From: Heptranchias perlo
Lineage: Eukaryota
Length of the DNA stretch: 64,000 bases
Direction: 5' to 3'
Assembly (NCBI RefSeq): GCF_035084215.1
Contig: NW_027139436.1
Location: forward strand, 62,001 to 126,000
Positions 61,637 to 64,000 of the stretch are shown piece by piece (position 1 is the stretch's first letter; each line of letters starts with the position of its first letter). The notes under the pieces were generated by a model, which was given only the letters and a program-made list of their open reading frames with translations, was not told the origin of the DNA and searched no databases. Position numbers and translations under genes: made by a program.

Positions 61637-61729
61637 CGGATAAGAAATTGGGTTATTGTGCAGCAAATTTTACTCTTCACAGTGTGAGGGTGTTGGTCAG
61701 TTTATCAAAATAACGGACCGGAGAATTCA

Positions 61730-62895
61730 ACATAAACACAGTTACAGTGTGGGAATACACAGAGTGAGGGAACTGTACATAAACACAGTTACAGTGTGGG
61801 AATACACAGAGTGAGGGAACTGTACATAAACACAGTTACAGTGTGGGAATACACAGAGTGAGGGAACTGTACATTAACACAGTTACAGTGTGGGAATACA
61901 CAGAGTGAGGGAATTGTACATAAACACAGTTACAGTGTGGGAATACACAGAGTGAGGGAACTGTACATAAACACAGTTACAGTGTGGGAATACACAGAGT
62001 GAGGGAACTGTACATAAACACAGTTACAGTGTGGGAATACACAGAGTGAGGGAATTGTACATAAACACAGTTACAGTGTGGGAATAAACAGAGTGAGGGA
62101 ATTGTACATAAACACAGTTACAGTGTGGGAATACACAGAGTGAGGGAATTGTACATAAACACAGTTACAGTGTGGGAATAAACAGAGTGAGGGAACTGTA
62201 CATAAACACAGTTACAGTGTGGGAATACACAGAGTGAGGGAATTGTACATAAACACAGTTACAGTGTGGGAATAAACAGAGTGAGGGAATTGTACATAAA
62301 CACAGTTACAGTGTGGGAATACACAGAGTGAGGGAATTGTACATAAACACAGTTACAGTGTGGGAATAAACAGAGTGAGGGAACTGTACATAAACACAGT
62401 TACAGTGTGGGAATACACAGAGTGAGGGAATTGTACATAAACACAGTTACAGTGTGGGAATAAACAGAGTGAGGGAACTGTACATAAACACAGTTACAGT
62501 GTGGGAATACACAGAGTGAGGGAACTGTACATAAACACAGTTACAGTGTGGGAATACACAGAGTGAGGGAACTGTACATAAACACAGTTACAGTGTGGGA
62601 ATACACAGAGTGAGGGAACTGTTCATAAACACAGTTACAGTGTGGGAATACACAGAGTGAGGGAACTGTACATAAACACAGTTACAGTGTGGGAATACAC
62701 AGAGTGAGGGAACTGTTCATAAACACAGTTACAGTGTGGGAATACACAGAGTGAGGGAACTGTACATAAACACAGTTACAGTGTGGGAATACACAGAGTG
62801 AGGGAACTGTACATAAACACAGTTGCAGTGTGGGAATACACAGAGTGAGGGAACTGTTCATAAACACAGTTACAGTGTGGGACTGTACACAGAGT
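61730..62895 (+). repeat. 47-bp minisatellite B, about 25 units, 12-RSS-like motif on the plus strand
   Basis: Unit CACAGAG-TGAGGGAACTGT-ACATAAACA-CAGTTACAGTGTGGGAATA. Confidence 0.95.
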
Positions 62896-63584
62896 GAGGG
62901 AATTTAATACAAAGTCATTTCCTGTCCCTTTCCTATCTTGTATCCCTCTCCAAGGTCTCCTCTCAGACACTTCACATCCACTCTCAGAAGCCCAAGTCTC
63001 TCCAGTCTTTCCTCATTACTCAGACCCGCCCCTGATACTGGGGAGCTGCCTCGAGACTCTTCTCTGTGCTGCCTCCAGCAGTCGATTGTCTCCCTGGTAT
63101 CTCGGTGACCAGAAATTGACCCAGTCCTCAAGGTGCAGTCTGACCAGAACTGGACCCAGTCCTCAAGGTGCAGTCTGACCAGAACTGGACCCAGTCCTCA
63201 AGTTGTAGAATGAATGAGGTTTGATTTTTTATTCTCAAATTTTACATTATTTCTGAAAATTTACGGATACAGAGAGAGAGAGAGGGAGAGAATTCGAGTG
63301 AGAGAGAGAGGCAGCAGGAGAGAGAGAGCGAGAGTGAGTGAGAGCGAGAAGCAGACAGTGAGGACGACAGAGTGAAAAAGACTAGAGAGTGAGAAAGACA
63401 GAGGGAGTGAGAGAGAGAGAGAATGAACGAGACAGAGTGAGAGAGACAGAGAGAGTGAGAGAGACAGAGGGAGTGAGAGATTTTATTTATAAAATCCCCT
63501 TCACATCCTCGAGGTGTCGGAAATCTCCTCACTGTCAATGAGCAACTAACTGTTTCACCGAATCCCGGCCCTTTCTCTGTCTGT

Positions 63585-64000
63585 CCCACACTAATCCCAC
63601 TGCCCCACCTGCTCCCCATAGCCCCGTATCAATCCGGAGCTAATCCCACTGCCCCACCCTCTCCCCAGAGCCCTGTGTCAATCTCACACTAATCCCACTG
63701 CCCCACTCTCTCCCCATACTCCTGTATCAATCTCACACTAATCCCACTGCCCCACTCTCTCCCCATACTCCTGTATCAATCTCACACTAATCCCACTGCC
63801 CCACTCTCTCCCCATACTCCTGTATCAATCTCACACTAATCCCACTGCCCCACCTGCTCCCCATAGCCCCGTATCAATCCGGAGCTAATCCCACTGCCCC
63901 ACCCTCTCCCCAGAGCCCTGTGTCAATCTCACACTAATCCCACTGCCCCACTCTCTCCCCATAGTCCTGTATCAATCTCACACTAATCCCACTGCCCCAC
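63585..64000. repeat. 49-bp minisatellite A in reverse orientation, running off the window
   Basis: Reverse complement of 13545-14115. Confidence 0.9.

Overview
This is repeat-dense eukaryotic DNA from a cartilaginous fish, most likely a shark, judged from the IgW minilocus organisation, Deu-domain SINEs and CR1/Penelope elements. Its core is a complete, unrearranged and apparently intact IgW (omega) heavy-chain cluster on the minus strand (about 42.2 to 18.2 kb). The order is leader, V with 23-RSS, D1 (12/23), D2 (12/12), J with 23-RSS, CH1, CH2, a Cys-rich secretory exon, a second candidate secretory exon, CH3-CH5, CH6 with secretory tailpiece, TM1 and TM2. I checked splice phases and RSS spacer lengths by hand. 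Left of the cluster lie the large coding exon of a GPR139-like receptor (+), an isolated FEN1 first exon with a CpG-island promoter (-), and a Penelope element carrying hammerhead-ribozyme motifs. The most unusual observations are three. (1) A 47-bp minisatellite whose unit is a 12-RSS-like sequence resembling the cluster's own D1 segment forms two oppositely oriented arrays bracketing the IgW cluster. (2) These arrays sit within a larger inverted composite repeat. (3) A palindromic double-hammerhead insertion with a target-site duplication lies at about 60 kb. Repeat boundaries are approximate, four N gaps hide sequence, and no database searches were run.
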